64,000 bases of DNA from Spirochaetia bacterium (lineage in GTDB: Bacteria > Spirochaetota > Spirochaetia > SZUA-6 > Bin103): the NCBI GenBank assembly GCA_965208575.1, contig CBDBOV010000006.1, positions 1,472,001-1,536,000 of the forward strand, written 5' to 3'. Positions 47,006-56,947 of the stretch are shown in pieces (the first letter of the stretch is position 1; each line of letters opens with the position of its first letter). The notes under the pieces are model-generated. The model had not been told where the DNA came from, ran no database searches, and saw only the letters and a list, made by a program, of their open reading frames with translations. The position numbers and the translations under genes were made by a program.

Positions 47006-48418
47006 TCAGTGGGTGGCGAGGTAGGCGGCGCCGTTTGGGTCGTGGTGGTGGCGGGTCCAGTCGGCGAGCAGGGTGCGGTGCTCTTGGAGCGTGGCCTGAT
47101 GCGGCGGCGATGCAGCCAGGTTCATGGTCTCCAGGGGGTCGTCGTGCAGGTCGCACAGCAGCTCCTCCGAGACGCCGGCGTGGTGGTAGACGCAGTACTT
47201 GTAGCGGGCGCTGCGCAGCATCCGGCCGGACACCGTTTCGCTGACGATGAACTCCGGCCATGCCGGCGCCGGGTCGGCGTGCGCGAGAGGCAGGAAGCTG
47301 TGGCCGGGCAGGCCGGCGGGGGGAGCGGCGCCGGCCAGGTCGCACAGGGTGGGCAGCAGGTCGATGCCGTTGTTGACCAGGTGGCTGTCGTCGACGCGGC
47401 CGGCCGGCACGCGGTCCGGCCAGCGCACCAGCAGCGGCACGTGCGCGGCCGCCTCGTAGAAGGAGCGCTTCATGGTGAGGCGGTGCTCGCCGTCGTGGTC
47501 GCCGTGGTCGCTGGTGAAGATCACCGCCGTGTCGCGCTCCAGGCCGGACTCGCGCAGCGCGTCGAGCACGATGCCGATCTGGCGGTCCACGTCGGCCATG
47601 CAGTGGCGGTAGAAACCGCGGTACAGGCGCCACTGCCGCTCGCTCCAGGAGCGCGCGCTGCGCCCGAAGCGGCGGTTCAGGCCCAGCTCCAGGGTCGACT
47701 CGTCGGCGAGGGTGCCGTCGCGGAAGCCGCCGGTCCAGCGCGGCTCGGCGCGGGTGGGGGCGAAGTTGTCGGGCGGCGGCGGGCAATCGTCCAGCGCCAC
47801 CGGCGCGAAGGCGGGGCGGTCGGCGCCGCGCGGCAGCACGTGGCAGATGTCGTGCGGATTGATGAACGACGCCCACAGGAAGAACGGCTGCGATGGGCGC
47901 GCCGGGTCGCTGCCGCGTTGCAGGAGAAAGTCGCGGCTGCGCAGCGCCAGCTCCTCGCGCGAGTCGCCGGTCAGGCTGCGGAAGCCGAACCGTCCCTCCA
48001 CCTCGGACGTGAACGCCGGGACGCCCTCGACGTGCAGCTTGCCGCCGTAGACGGTGTCGTAACCGGCAGTGCGCAGACACTGGCCCAACTGCGGCGTCGA
48101 CACCCAGTCGGCGATGGCGGGAAGCGGCGTGCCGTTGCTCTGCCGGTTGGTCTCCAGGCCGCCGAAGCGGTGCGGGAAGTGCCCGGTGAGCAGGCTGTAG
48201 CGCGACGGCACGCACACCGGGTTGGCGGCGTAGGTCAGCTCGAAGCGGGTGCCCTCGCGCGCCAGGCGGTCGAGGGCCGGGGTGCGGACGTAGCGGTCGC
48301 CGGCGTATCCGGCCAGCCGGTGGTGCTGCTGATCGGTGGTGATCAGCAGGATGTTGGGCCGCGCGGACGGCGCTGCGCCGCCGGAGGAACCGGATGCAGC
48401 GGTACGCGGGCGCGGCAT
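47006..48418 (-). CDS. Cys-type sulfatase
   Basis: RPNILLITTDQ, CVPSR (CxPxR), GK.H, NPHD, FTSDHGD, VPL.VRWP, D.LPT. Confidence 0.93.
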   Translation of the reverse strand: MPRPRTAASGSSGGAAPSARPNILLITTDQQHHRLAGYAGDRYVRTPALDRLAREGTRFELTYAANPVCVPSRYSLLTGHFPHRFGGLETNRQSNGTPLPAIADWVSTPQLGQCLRTAGYDTVYGGKLHVEGVPAFTSEVEGRFGFRSLTGDSREELALRSRDFLLQRGSDPARPSQPFFLWASFINPHDICHVLPRGADRPAFAPVALDDCPPPPDNFAPTRAEPRWTGGFRDGTLADESTLELGLNRRFGRSARSWSERQWRLYRGFYRHCMADVDRQIGIVLDALRESGLERDTAVIFTSDHGDHDGEHRLTMKRSFYEAAAHVPLLVRWPDRVPAGRVDDSHLVNNGIDLLPTLCDLAGAAPPAGLPGHSFLPLAHADPAPAWPEFIVSETVSGRMLRSARYKYCVYHHAGVSEELLCDLHDDPLETMNLAASPPHQATLQEHRTLLADWTRHHHDPNGAAYLATH

Positions 48419-49101
48419 CACTCGATGCGTTCCCAGGCCACGCGGCTGCCGGTGCCGGGTTCGGTCGCCGCGGGCGGGGTCAGGTGCAGGGTGAGCCGGG
48501 AGCCGTCGAGTTCGATCCAGCGGGTCAGTTCGGTGCCCACTTGGGCGGGCAGGAGGCCGCATTCGATGCGATGCGTTACCGTGCCGGCGGCGGAGTCCAC
48601 CCGGTAGCTGCCGGCGTAGGCGAGGTAGCCGCCGAGCACGTCCCGCAACTGGTCTGCGGAAGCCGCCACGACACCGTCATCGGTCAGATCGCCGCGCCGG
48701 CGGCGCATCACCTGCACGAACACCCGCCCACCGCGGTGGTACGACAGATAGCCGAGGGCGTCGGGGCCCATGGGATGGCTGACGCCGTCAGCGGAGACAT
48801 TCTCCCAGGACACCAGGCGCCAGGTTCCCACGAGGTCAGCGGCAACGACGGTATCGAAGTGACTGCGCAGGGATTGCACCGAGTCGAACGCCCGAAAGTT
48901 CCCTGCGTCAATGTCTGCGATTCCGGCGCTGGCGGCGTATCGTAGGGCCTCGAGACGCGCCGCGGCTTCTGCCTCCCGGTGCTCCATCAGGCGGAGGCCC
49001 TCTCGCAGCACTTCACTCGCGTTCTGGTAACTGCCGGACCCGACCATGCGGTTGACGAACCGGGTCTGATGATCGGTAAGGACGACGTTGCGCGTAGGCA
49101 C
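48418..49101 (-). CDS. ParD-family antitoxin domain fused to a lipocalin-like domain
   Basis: MPTRNVVLTDHQ...V.SG.YQNASEVLREGLRL.E.RE (RHH ParD), then LVGTWRLVSW...G....GYL.Y...YLAY.G.Y...VTH (lipocalin-like). Confidence 0.75.
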   Translation of the reverse strand: MPTRNVVLTDHQTRFVNRMVGSGSYQNASEVLREGLRLMEHREAEAAARLEALRYAASAGIADIDAGNFRAFDSVQSLRSHFDTVVAADLVGTWRLVSWENVSADGVSHPMGPDALGYLSYHRGGRVFVQVMRRRRGDLTDDGVVAASADQLRDVLGGYLAYAGSYRVDSAAGTVTHRIECGLLPAQVGTELTRWIELDGSRLTLHLTPPAATEPGTGSRVAWERIE

Positions 49102-49191
49102 TTTCCGTATCGCTCTATGGCGTATTATGCCAATGGAGCACTACCGGTGGCAAGGGCGCGGCGGCGAACGAGGGCGAATGAGATCAAGGGC

Positions 49192-49905
49192 TCAGGTGCG
49201 GGCGAACAGGTAGGCGCGGTTGCGGCGGCCGACCAGCTCGATGGCGCCGATGCGGCGCAGGGTGTAGGTCGTCATGCCGGCCAGCGACGCGGGCATGGCG
49301 CCGGTCGCGGCCAGGGTGCGGTTGGTGAACGGCTCCTCCAGGCGCGGCGGCAGCAGGCGGGCGAAGTCGGCGGGGGTGCGGAAGCGGCGCCGATCGCACA
49401 CCTCCAGCAGCCGGGTGTCGAGGATGCTGACGCCGCGGCGCCGCCAACTGCCGCGGCCGTCGGCGCAGCGCAGTTCCTCCACCTCGACGATCAGCACTTC
49501 GAGGGTGAAGTTGGGATGTCCGACCAGGTGCGGGATGCGCACCAGCTCCGCAAACAGGTCGCGGTAGGCGCCCCGCTTCGGCGACGCGCGCCGGCGCAGC
49601 ACGCTGCCGTCCGGCGCGGTGGTGACAATCCACTTGCGCCGCGCGATGGGATGCACCAGCCGCACGCGGTGGCCGCGCACCAGCCGGGTCAGCTTGCGTG
49701 CCAGCTTGGCGAAGCCACCGGTCTGGATCTCGATAAGCGTGCCGCGCCGCACCAAATCGATGACGCAGCCCTCCAGCGGCACCTCGGCGCGGTCGCCGGG
49801 CAGCGCGTACCAGCGCTTCAGCGCCGCGTGCAGCGACCGCTCGCGCAACTCGCCGATGGAGTGCGTGGCAGGGGCGCGTGCAACTGCGGCAACCTGATCA
49901 GCCAT
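49192..49905 (-). CDS. Conserved hypothetical protein, possible PD-(D/E)xK fold
   Basis: ERSLHAALK.WY...E......ID.......IEIQT; GAGGAG RBS. Confidence 0.65.
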   Translation of the reverse strand: MADQVAAVARAPATHSIGELRERSLHAALKRWYALPGDRAEVPLEGCVIDLVRRGTLIEIQTGGFAKLARKLTRLVRGHRVRLVHPIARRKWIVTTAPDGSVLRRRASPKRGAYRDLFAELVRIPHLVGHPNFTLEVLIVEVEELRCADGRGSWRRRGVSILDTRLLEVCDRRRFRTPADFARLLPPRLEEPFTNRTLAATGAMPASLAGMTTYTLRRIGAIELVGRRNRAYLFART

Positions 49906-50204
49906 CGCTCCTCATACCCTATATTGTCGGATGCGACAGTCAGATAAGCCAAACAACCCACGGGCGGGCTGAACCGCCGTGTCGTAGACGCAGTCGTGCG
50001 GTCGACGGTGAGTTGCCGAGCGTGACCGAAACGTTTAGCATGGAGAGCGACGTTCAGGAGCGTCGCGATGCCCGACGACACGGACCAGAGAACACGCGGG
50101 GCGAACGAATACGACAAGATGAGTTCGGATGGGTGCAGCGCACCGGTCATTGCCGACCGACTGGTCGGGGTGCGGCGCCATGACATAGACTTGGCGGGAC
50201 GGCT

Positions 50205-50843
50205 ATGAGCGATCCTGGCCGCGACCTGTCGTCTTGCCTTGGCGCTCAAACATTCAGCACCGTCATGGCCGATCCGCCGTGGCGGTTCTTGAACCGGACG
50301 GGAAAGGTCGCTCCAGAGCATCGGCGGCTCTCACGCTACACGACGCTGACGGTCGAGGAGATATGCTCGCTGCCCGTGGCCCAACACCTCCGCGATACAG
50401 CTCATTGCTACTTGTGGGTGCCGAATGCGTTACTGCCGCACGGTTTGCAGGTGCTTGAGGCTTGGGGGTTTCAATACAAGACCAACTTGATCTGGCACAA
50501 GGTGAGAAAGGATGGCGGGTCGGATGGACGAGGAGTCGGCTTCTATTTCCGCAACGTGACCGAGATGATCCTGTTTGGAATACGGGGAAAGGGTGCCCGT
50601 ACGCTGGCGCCAGGACGCAGCCAAGTCAATCTGTTTGCTTCGCGCAAGCGGGAGCACTCCCGCAAACCGGACGAACAGTACGCGATTATCGAGAGCTGTA
50701 GTCCCGGGCCATACTTGGAACTGTTTGGACGGGGCTGTCGACCTGATTGGACCGTCTGGGGGGATGAAGCGGTGGCCGGCTATTCACCAAGCTGGCCGAC
50801 GTACAGTTACAACTCGTCGTCTACCCGGCCCGTAACGGCGTGA
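50205..50843 (+). CDS. MT-A70 family DNA methyltransferase
   Basis: ADPPW, YLWVPNA, WGFQYKTN..WHK, REHSRKP, LELF.R. Confidence 0.92.
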   Translation: MSDPGRDLSSCLGAQTFSTVMADPPWRFLNRTGKVAPEHRRLSRYTTLTVEEICSLPVAQHLRDTAHCYLWVPNALLPHGLQVLEAWGFQYKTNLIWHKVRKDGGSDGRGVGFYFRNVTEMILFGIRGKGARTLAPGRSQVNLFASRKREHSRKPDEQYAIIESCSPGPYLELFGRGCRPDWTVWGDEAVAGYSPSWPTYSYNSSSTRPVTA

Positions 50844-51574
50844 ATCTTGACGACCTACGTCGCATTGGGTTTGACGTAAGGACACGGAATCATGCCCGCG
50901 CAGTGCTCACTGAGGATTTCCCTGCTCAGTTGGCGGAGTTGTGTCACGTTCTTGGTACTCTCCGGATCAATGCCGAGGAATTGGTGCGCGGGGGTGGTGG
51001 AGAAGCGCAGCTCACGCAACGTCTGCGGCGGAGTCTGGCTTCAAGGCACTGGGTAAAGCGCAACATCGTCATCCGCAAGATCGTCGACGACGAAGAACGC
51101 GAGGGGACGAGTCACGAAATAGACCACGTTCGTAAAGCGCAGAGCGGCTCGATAGCCTTGGAACTCGAATGGAACAACAAGGATCCATTTTTCGACCGTG
51201 ATCTAGAGAACTTTCAAAGGTTACATGCGGAAGGAGTGATCAGTGTAGGCGTGATAGTGACCCGCGGTGCGTCGTTGCAGAACAATATCCGGTCTATCAT
51301 TCGGGATTGGGCAATAGAATATAGCATAAGTGGGTTTTCTGACCTTGTTGCGTATGGTGTCAGGCCAACGCAACGGCAACGAGATATCGTGGAACGCTCC
51401 AACAAGGATTTTGTCACCGCTTGGTCTCACCAGTTCACAAGTGACAAGTTCGGCACTGCAACCACACACTGGGACAAACTACAGCAACGGATCGATCGAG
51501 GTGTTGGCAACCCGTGTCCTCTGTTGTTACTCGGAGTTCCTGACGAGGTCGTTTTCCTACAGACGTCTCGATAG
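50840..51574 (+). CDS. BglII/BstYI-like type II restriction endonuclease
   Basis: HEIDH.......ALELEWNNKDPFFDRDLENF, KFG.ATTH..KL..R..RG.G..CP.L; overlaps the MTase. Confidence 0.85.
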   Translation: MNLDDLRRIGFDVRTRNHARAVLTEDFPAQLAELCHVLGTLRINAEELVRGGGGEAQLTQRLRRSLASRHWVKRNIVIRKIVDDEEREGTSHEIDHVRKAQSGSIALELEWNNKDPFFDRDLENFQRLHAEGVISVGVIVTRGASLQNNIRSIIRDWAIEYSISGFSDLVAYGVRPTQRQRDIVERSNKDFVTAWSHQFTSDKFGTATTHWDKLQQRIDRGVGNPCPLLLLGVPDEVVFLQTSR

Positions 51575-51952
51575 AGCGTTGTGTGTGAATTACTCGCTTT
51601 GGTGCGCCAGCGAGAGCTCCGTGGAAAGGGTCGAAGCCATTCGACGCCCAGAATCGGGATGCGCATGCGTATAAGGTCTGGCGCCGACAGACGGAATCAC
51701 CCTCTCGGAGACAGAGAATCTTGGACTTGACGAGCACTCCGAACCTGCCAACCCCCGGCTGCAGGATACACGGTTGCGATCCTCGGTCGCTCCCATCGCA
51801 CCGTATCACGGTCGCGTAGCAAGGACGGGTTACCCGCGGCAATTCTGCACCCGATGAACGACTATCCGCCGAATCACCCGCGCTAAGGATGGCATGTCAG
51901 TGTAGCTGCCTCCTACTTCAATGCGCATTCAAGTGGAACGGACATGTGTAGG

Positions 51953-52906
51953 CTATTTCAAAGCCTTATGTGCTTCTACAAGAAACAGGATATTCGCGGC
52001 CGCTAAGTGAAGTGCGTAGCTCGCAACATGGGCGGGTGTGTCACGGGGTATCGAGCCTTGTCCATGTGCGCCCTCCGTGTTCCTCACTTCGGGTCGACCG
52101 GACTTGAGCGTGGCTACAAGCTGATCGAACGAATTGTCGAGATAGTCGGGAAGGAGACCGTGTTTTCTGACCAACTTTAGGAGGTCCGAGGCGCGGGCAC
52201 CATCAGGATATTCCCAGCGACGTTTTCGACAGATCGACTTCAGTGTGCTCTCGAATGCGTTGTTTGCATCTATGATGGCGTCCTTCATTTCACCGGCTCG
52301 GTAGTGAGCATGAGCGCGCATGAACTCATCGCGTGGTCCCTCAAATCCTTTGTGGCCAAGGAATCGTAGGGCAGGGCGCACAACTTCAGAGTGAAGTAGC
52401 TCAGAGTCGACCCGCACAATTTGGCCGCTCTCGAAACGGTAACCCACGCTAGCCCGCATGAACCGCAGATTCAGCTCTTCGATGGCCTCGTTGGCGGACA
52501 CCTTTATCCCTCGGGACTGTCTCTCGTGATCGTGCATCTGTCGCACGACATGGTCAATGTAACGGAAGCTCAGTTCAACGATATCAAGAGCGGCATCTGT
52601 GGAGGAGTTGCTGAGAAGATACTCCTCACAACTCTGGTTGAGATTGTATCTCGCACTCAGTGCGAACTTACCGTGCTCGCGGGCAACGATGTCGTGAATC
52701 ATCTTCCAACCTTCGTTGTTTTCGGTAGTTTCCGACAGATCGTAGCGACTATACTCATAGAACGGACCGATGGCGTCTCGCCATATGTGGATTATCTGAA
52801 CGCGCAATGATTCAGGAAGTTTGTCGTAAGAAAAGACGTCAGGAGTCCTACCACTGGCGTTGCGCTTACGATACGAGAACTGGTCAAATACAGGCATTTT
52901 CGTCAT
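51953..52906 (-). CDS. AbiJ-N-like + HEPN-like protein, paralog of 31406-32314
   Basis: Shares PDV..YD.LP.SLRVQ..HIWRD, RVDSE..HS.VV.PAL, EFM.AH.HYR.G, RNTEGAHGQG, A.YALH. Confidence 0.72.
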   Translation of the reverse strand: MTKMPVFDQFSYRKRNASGRTPDVFSYDKLPESLRVQIIHIWRDAIGPFYEYSRYDLSETTENNEGWKMIHDIVAREHGKFALSARYNLNQSCEEYLLSNSSTDAALDIVELSFRYIDHVVRQMHDHERQSRGIKVSANEAIEELNLRFMRASVGYRFESGQIVRVDSELLHSEVVRPALRFLGHKGFEGPRDEFMRAHAHYRAGEMKDAIIDANNAFESTLKSICRKRRWEYPDGARASDLLKLVRKHGLLPDYLDNSFDQLVATLKSGRPEVRNTEGAHGQGSIPRDTPAHVASYALHLAAANILFLVEAHKALK

Positions 52907-53260
52907 TCCTCTGAGGAGAAGGTGTCCGCTGTCGATTGGAATTGCGACGTAATCTGGGTGGTTGTAGCTTGATATTGTACACCACTCACCCCGTATGGAA
53001 GTACCACAGCCGCGATATTCCTGCGATGGACCGAAGGCGTCTATCGTCGGAGATCGGCGCTCGCACGTTGCGAGGTACTGAATGGAGCAGACTCGTGGAA
53101 GGAAGTGAGCGGTTGGCGCGGCCGCCGATCTGTGTCAGACTGACGTAACGGGCATAATCGGGCAGAGAGCGCCGGTTGCCGCGTGGCGATCGGTTCTGGG
53201 TCCGCGGTGCTGTTCCACGAGTTGCGAACACGTTTAGGCTTAGAAAAAGGAGACCGACAG

Positions 53261-53764
53261 GTGGGAGACGTGCCGACGTATGAGCTGGAGCGGGCGTTCG
53301 ATGCGCCGCGTGGGCTGGTGTGGCGGGCCTGGACCGAACCGGACTTGGTGGCGCGGTGGTACGGGCCGAACGTGGAGACAATCAACCATCGGCACGAACC
53401 GAGGCCGGGCGGGGTGTGGCTGTGCGAGATGCGCTGGGGCGGCAACTCGCACTACCAGAAGGCCGAGTTCACCGAGGTGAGCGCACCGGAGCGGCTGGTC
53501 TGGCTGCACTCCAATACGGACGCGGAGTGGAACGTGGCGCCCTCCCCGGTGATGCCGACTTGGCCGCTGGTGCTGCTGACCACGGTTACGTTCGCGGAGG
53601 AGGGCGGTCAGACGCGGATGCGCCTGACTTGGGTGCCGCACGAGGCGAGCGAGGCGGAAGTGGCGGCGTTCGGGGCTGCCATCGGCGGCCTGGACGAGGG
53701 CTGGGGCGCCGGGATGGAGCTCCTCGAGCAGTTGCTGGCCGAGCTGCAGGCGCCGGGCGCGTAG
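53261..53764 (+). CDS. SRPBCC/AHA1-like domain protein
   Basis: LERAFDAPR.LVWRAWT.P....RW.GP, RPGG.W, EV.APERLV, VTF.E.GG.T, GW. Confidence 0.85.
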   Translation: MGDVPTYELERAFDAPRGLVWRAWTEPDLVARWYGPNVETINHRHEPRPGGVWLCEMRWGGNSHYQKAEFTEVSAPERLVWLHSNTDAEWNVAPSPVMPTWPLVLLTTVTFAEEGGQTRMRLTWVPHEASEAEVAAFGAAIGGLDEGWGAGMELLEQLLAELQAPGA

Positions 53765-53776
53765 CGGCCGGTTCCG

Positions 53777-54919
53777 ATGGCGGACGCGCAGACCGGAGTC
53801 GCGATCGACGGGGAAACGTGGCTGATCAACGGTGAGCCTACGTATCGCGGGCGGGAGTATCGCGGCTGGCCGATCGAGGGGCGGCTGCTGAATAGCCGGA
53901 TGGCGAACGCGATCTTCGACGATGCCAATCCGGCAACCCGCTTCCTGTGGTGTTACCCGGATACCGGCCGCTGGGACGCGGACCGTAACACCGGCGAGTT
54001 CGTGCGCTGCCTGCCGCTCTACCGCAAACACGGCCTGACGGCGGTCACCGTCAACCTGCAGGGAGGCGCGCCGTTCGGTTACTACCGCGAGGATCGGTTC
54101 CGGGAGCTGCTCACCGAGCGGCAGGTAGACTACACCGATGCCGAGTTGTGGCGCGGGCTGCCCGGCTCCGCCTCCCAGCCGTGGCACAACTCGCCGTTCG
54201 CGGCCGACGGCGCACTATCGCGCGAGCCCGGCGGCCATCTCGCGCGACTGAGCCGGATCCTGCGGCGCACCGACGAGCTGGGCATGGTGGTGGTCCTCGG
54301 GATCTTCTACTTCGGCCAGGACGAGCGGCTGCGCGACGAGGCGGCGGTGTGCCGGGCGGTGGAGGAGACTTGCGGATGGGTGCTGCAGGAGGGCTGGCGC
54401 AACGTGGTGATCGAGATCAACAACGAGTGCGACGTGCCGCGCTACGAGCACGAGATCCTGCAGCCGCACCGCGTGCACGAACTGATCGCCCTGGCCCGGC
54501 GCGTCACCCACGGAGGTCACCGCCTGTTGTTCGGCACCAGCTACGGCGGCGGCAGCGTACCGGGCGACGCGGTATGCGCCGCCTCCGACTTCATCCTGCT
54601 GCACGGCAACGGCGTCGGCGAGCCACGCGGCATCGCCGACATGGTGGACCGCACCCGAGCCCTGCCTGCCTACGCCGGCAAGCCGATCGCGTTCAGCGAG
54701 GACGACCACTATGCGTTTGATCGGCCGGACAACAACTTCGCGGCGGCGCTGTCGCGGCGTGCGGGGTGGGGGTACTTCGATCCGGGTACCGGCGCCGGCG
54801 GCGGACTGTCGCCCGGCAACTACGCCGACGGCTACCAGAACGTGCCGGTAAATTGGTCAATCAACACGCCACGCAAGCGCGCTTTCTTCACCCTGCTGCG
54901 CCAGGTGACAGACGCTTGA
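53777..54919 (+). CDS. Conserved hypothetical protein, glycoside-hydrolase-like TIM barrel
   Basis: LING..TY.G, EG.L.NSRM, NLQGG, IEINNEC (NE motif), LLHGNG, SEDDH, WGYFD. Confidence 0.65.
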   Translation: MADAQTGVAIDGETWLINGEPTYRGREYRGWPIEGRLLNSRMANAIFDDANPATRFLWCYPDTGRWDADRNTGEFVRCLPLYRKHGLTAVTVNLQGGAPFGYYREDRFRELLTERQVDYTDAELWRGLPGSASQPWHNSPFAADGALSREPGGHLARLSRILRRTDELGMVVVLGIFYFGQDERLRDEAAVCRAVEETCGWVLQEGWRNVVIEINNECDVPRYEHEILQPHRVHELIALARRVTHGGHRLLFGTSYGGGSVPGDAVCAASDFILLHGNGVGEPRGIADMVDRTRALPAYAGKPIAFSEDDHYAFDRPDNNFAAALSRRAGWGYFDPGTGAGGGLSPGNYADGYQNVPVNWSINTPRKRAFFTLLRQVTDA

Positions 54920-55140
54920 CGATGCATGCTGTTGAGTGTCCGGATGGGCTCAGGTCCTTGCGTCCGTCCCACACGCAACAGACCATGCCACAGTACCCTA
55001 ACGGAGCGGCGCCACATGTCCGGTCGTCCTAACAAGTCCTACACAGACACAACTTGCCCAACCATGCTAACCTGTAATCACAATATGTGTAACCCCGCTC
55101 CGCAATCCTCCTTATCGCCCATGAAGAAGGTTAACTCACG

Positions 55141-55898
55141 ATGAAGTATCCTTTGGAGAACCTCGGACCTCACCGGTTTCAACAGCTTTGCCAAGCGCTA
55201 CTCACAAGGTCTTATCCGGATTTGCAGTGTTTTCCAGTATCCCAACCAGATGGTGGACGCGACGCCTTCATAACACCCGATACCGATTCCGACAAGCAGA
55301 CGATCATTTTCCAAGTGAAGTACACCGACCAAGCACTTGGGAAGCGGCGCCCTCACACGCGGATCATCAACGAACTCCGCCGGGAGCTACCTCGCCTTGC
55401 ACCCAACATCCTCGGCCCAACAAAGTACATTTTGATGACGAATGTTCCGGGAACCGGAGCCCGCGGAGGGGGATCAATTGACGTTGTCGAAGAGCTGCTG
55501 AGTGAGGCGTTGGGAACCCCGTCCCAGTGCTGGTGGCGGGATGACATAGAGCGACGGCTCGACGACGCTTGGGATGTCAAGTGGTCTTTCCCAGAGGTGT
55601 TCAGTAACCAGGACATATTGCGCTTGACGTTATACAGGCTGCCAAGGGATCGGAGGTTAATGCTCTGTTGTCCGAGAGCGATCAGGAGTATGGTAGGCGT
55701 TTGGCCCATCTTTCGTTTGGAGGGATGTGGAACTTCGTAGCTGCGCACGAGGCCCGAGTCGTTGCTGTGGTCGATGAATTGTTGGATCGCGACAATCCGT
55801 TCATAGTCTATCGGAAGCGAAGTACTATTCAGGAGTTTGCCGCAGCCCTATCGGCTCGTAGATATTGGTTAGCGTTCAGCGAATCGTCGCGGCGGCCG
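55141..55898 (+). pseudogene. Remnant of a large REase-NTPase-type gene: N-terminal nuclease-like domain joined out of frame to a downstream segment
   Basis: Y..E.L...RFQQLCQALL...P..Q.DGGRDA...FQVKY; frame switch near 55625 to ...ALLSESDQEYGRR...FSESSRRP; no Walker motifs remain. Confidence 0.6.
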
Positions 55899-56054
55899 TG
55901 TCGGCTCTCAGATTGATCTGAGCGGAATGGGGGCGGACGTCTCACGATCGACTGGAGTGGAGGACGGGAGAGTCGAGGTAAACTGACCAGAAAAACAGGG
56001 TAGCTGCCCCAGGTGATGAGAACCGGACAGCTACCCTGAACTAAGGACAGCCGA

Positions 56055-56666
56055 TTGGTACTCCATCTGGCGGTTGATTTCAAGAGACTTCAGGAACAGG
56101 GCAAGGAGTATCGGTGGCCGCGGCCGGAGCGCTGCCTGGAGTGCGGTCGGAGGCGGCCGTGGGGCCATGGCTATGTCGGACGGTGCTTCGATGGCTGCGG
56201 CGAGCCGCTGTGGATGAAGCGCTACCGGTGTCCGGACTGCGGGACCGTGTACACGCTGCGACCGGACAGCCACTACCGCGGGTTCTGGGCGCCGTGGCGA
56301 GTGATTCTGGTAGCCCTGCTGGGCAAGCTGAAGGGTGGTCGCTGGATCGCGCGGGTGAGCCGACAGCGGCAGCAGTACTGGCGCCAGGGGTTGCGCCGGC
56401 AGTTGTTGCTGGAGGGGGTGACCGCGGTGAGCCGGCCGGGCCAGGTTGCGGCCAGTGCGCTGAAGGCGCTGGTGGTGCGGTTGATCATCGTCAGTACGCA
56501 TTCGGTGAGCTACCGCCAGATACGGCGAGTGGATGCCGCCCCCGAGTTGGTGCTGGCGGTGCCGGTGGTGGGCTTTGCGGGACACCTTGATGGCGTCGGG
56601 AGCACAGCAGACAGCGCCCTGAAGGAGCCAGGGAATGAGCCGACACCCAGTCACGGGGCACGATGA
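56055..56666 (+). CDS. Zn-finger transposon accessory protein (DUF6431-like)
   Basis: RPERCLECG....WGHGY..R....L...RYRCPDCG.V.TLRP. Confidence 0.7.
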   Translation: MVLHLAVDFKRLQEQGKEYRWPRPERCLECGRRRPWGHGYVGRCFDGCGEPLWMKRYRCPDCGTVYTLRPDSHYRGFWAPWRVILVALLGKLKGGRWIARVSRQRQQYWRQGLRRQLLLEGVTAVSRPGQVAASALKALVVRLIIVSTHSVSYRQIRRVDAAPELVLAVPVVGFAGHLDGVGSTADSALKEPGNEPTPSHGAR

Positions 56667-56947
56667 GCACGGTGCTGGTCGCGGGGTGCCGGCTCAGACC
56701 GGGCAAGTGGCTGGTGAGCAGTGCAGGAGGACGCCGCCGCGGTGCTGGCGAGCGCCTTTGGCGCTTGGGTGGCTGTCCGGGCGACGCTGCGGGCAGGGCG
56801 CTGGTGGCGCGGCTGATCATGATCGGAGCGGAGAAAATAACGCGAACTGGCGCCTGGGTGACCCCAAGCCTACCGGATCTTTGCGGTGATCGGCGAACCA
56901 ATGGGGAGCAAATTGATGCCACCAACACCCCAGGAGGTTCCTCGATC

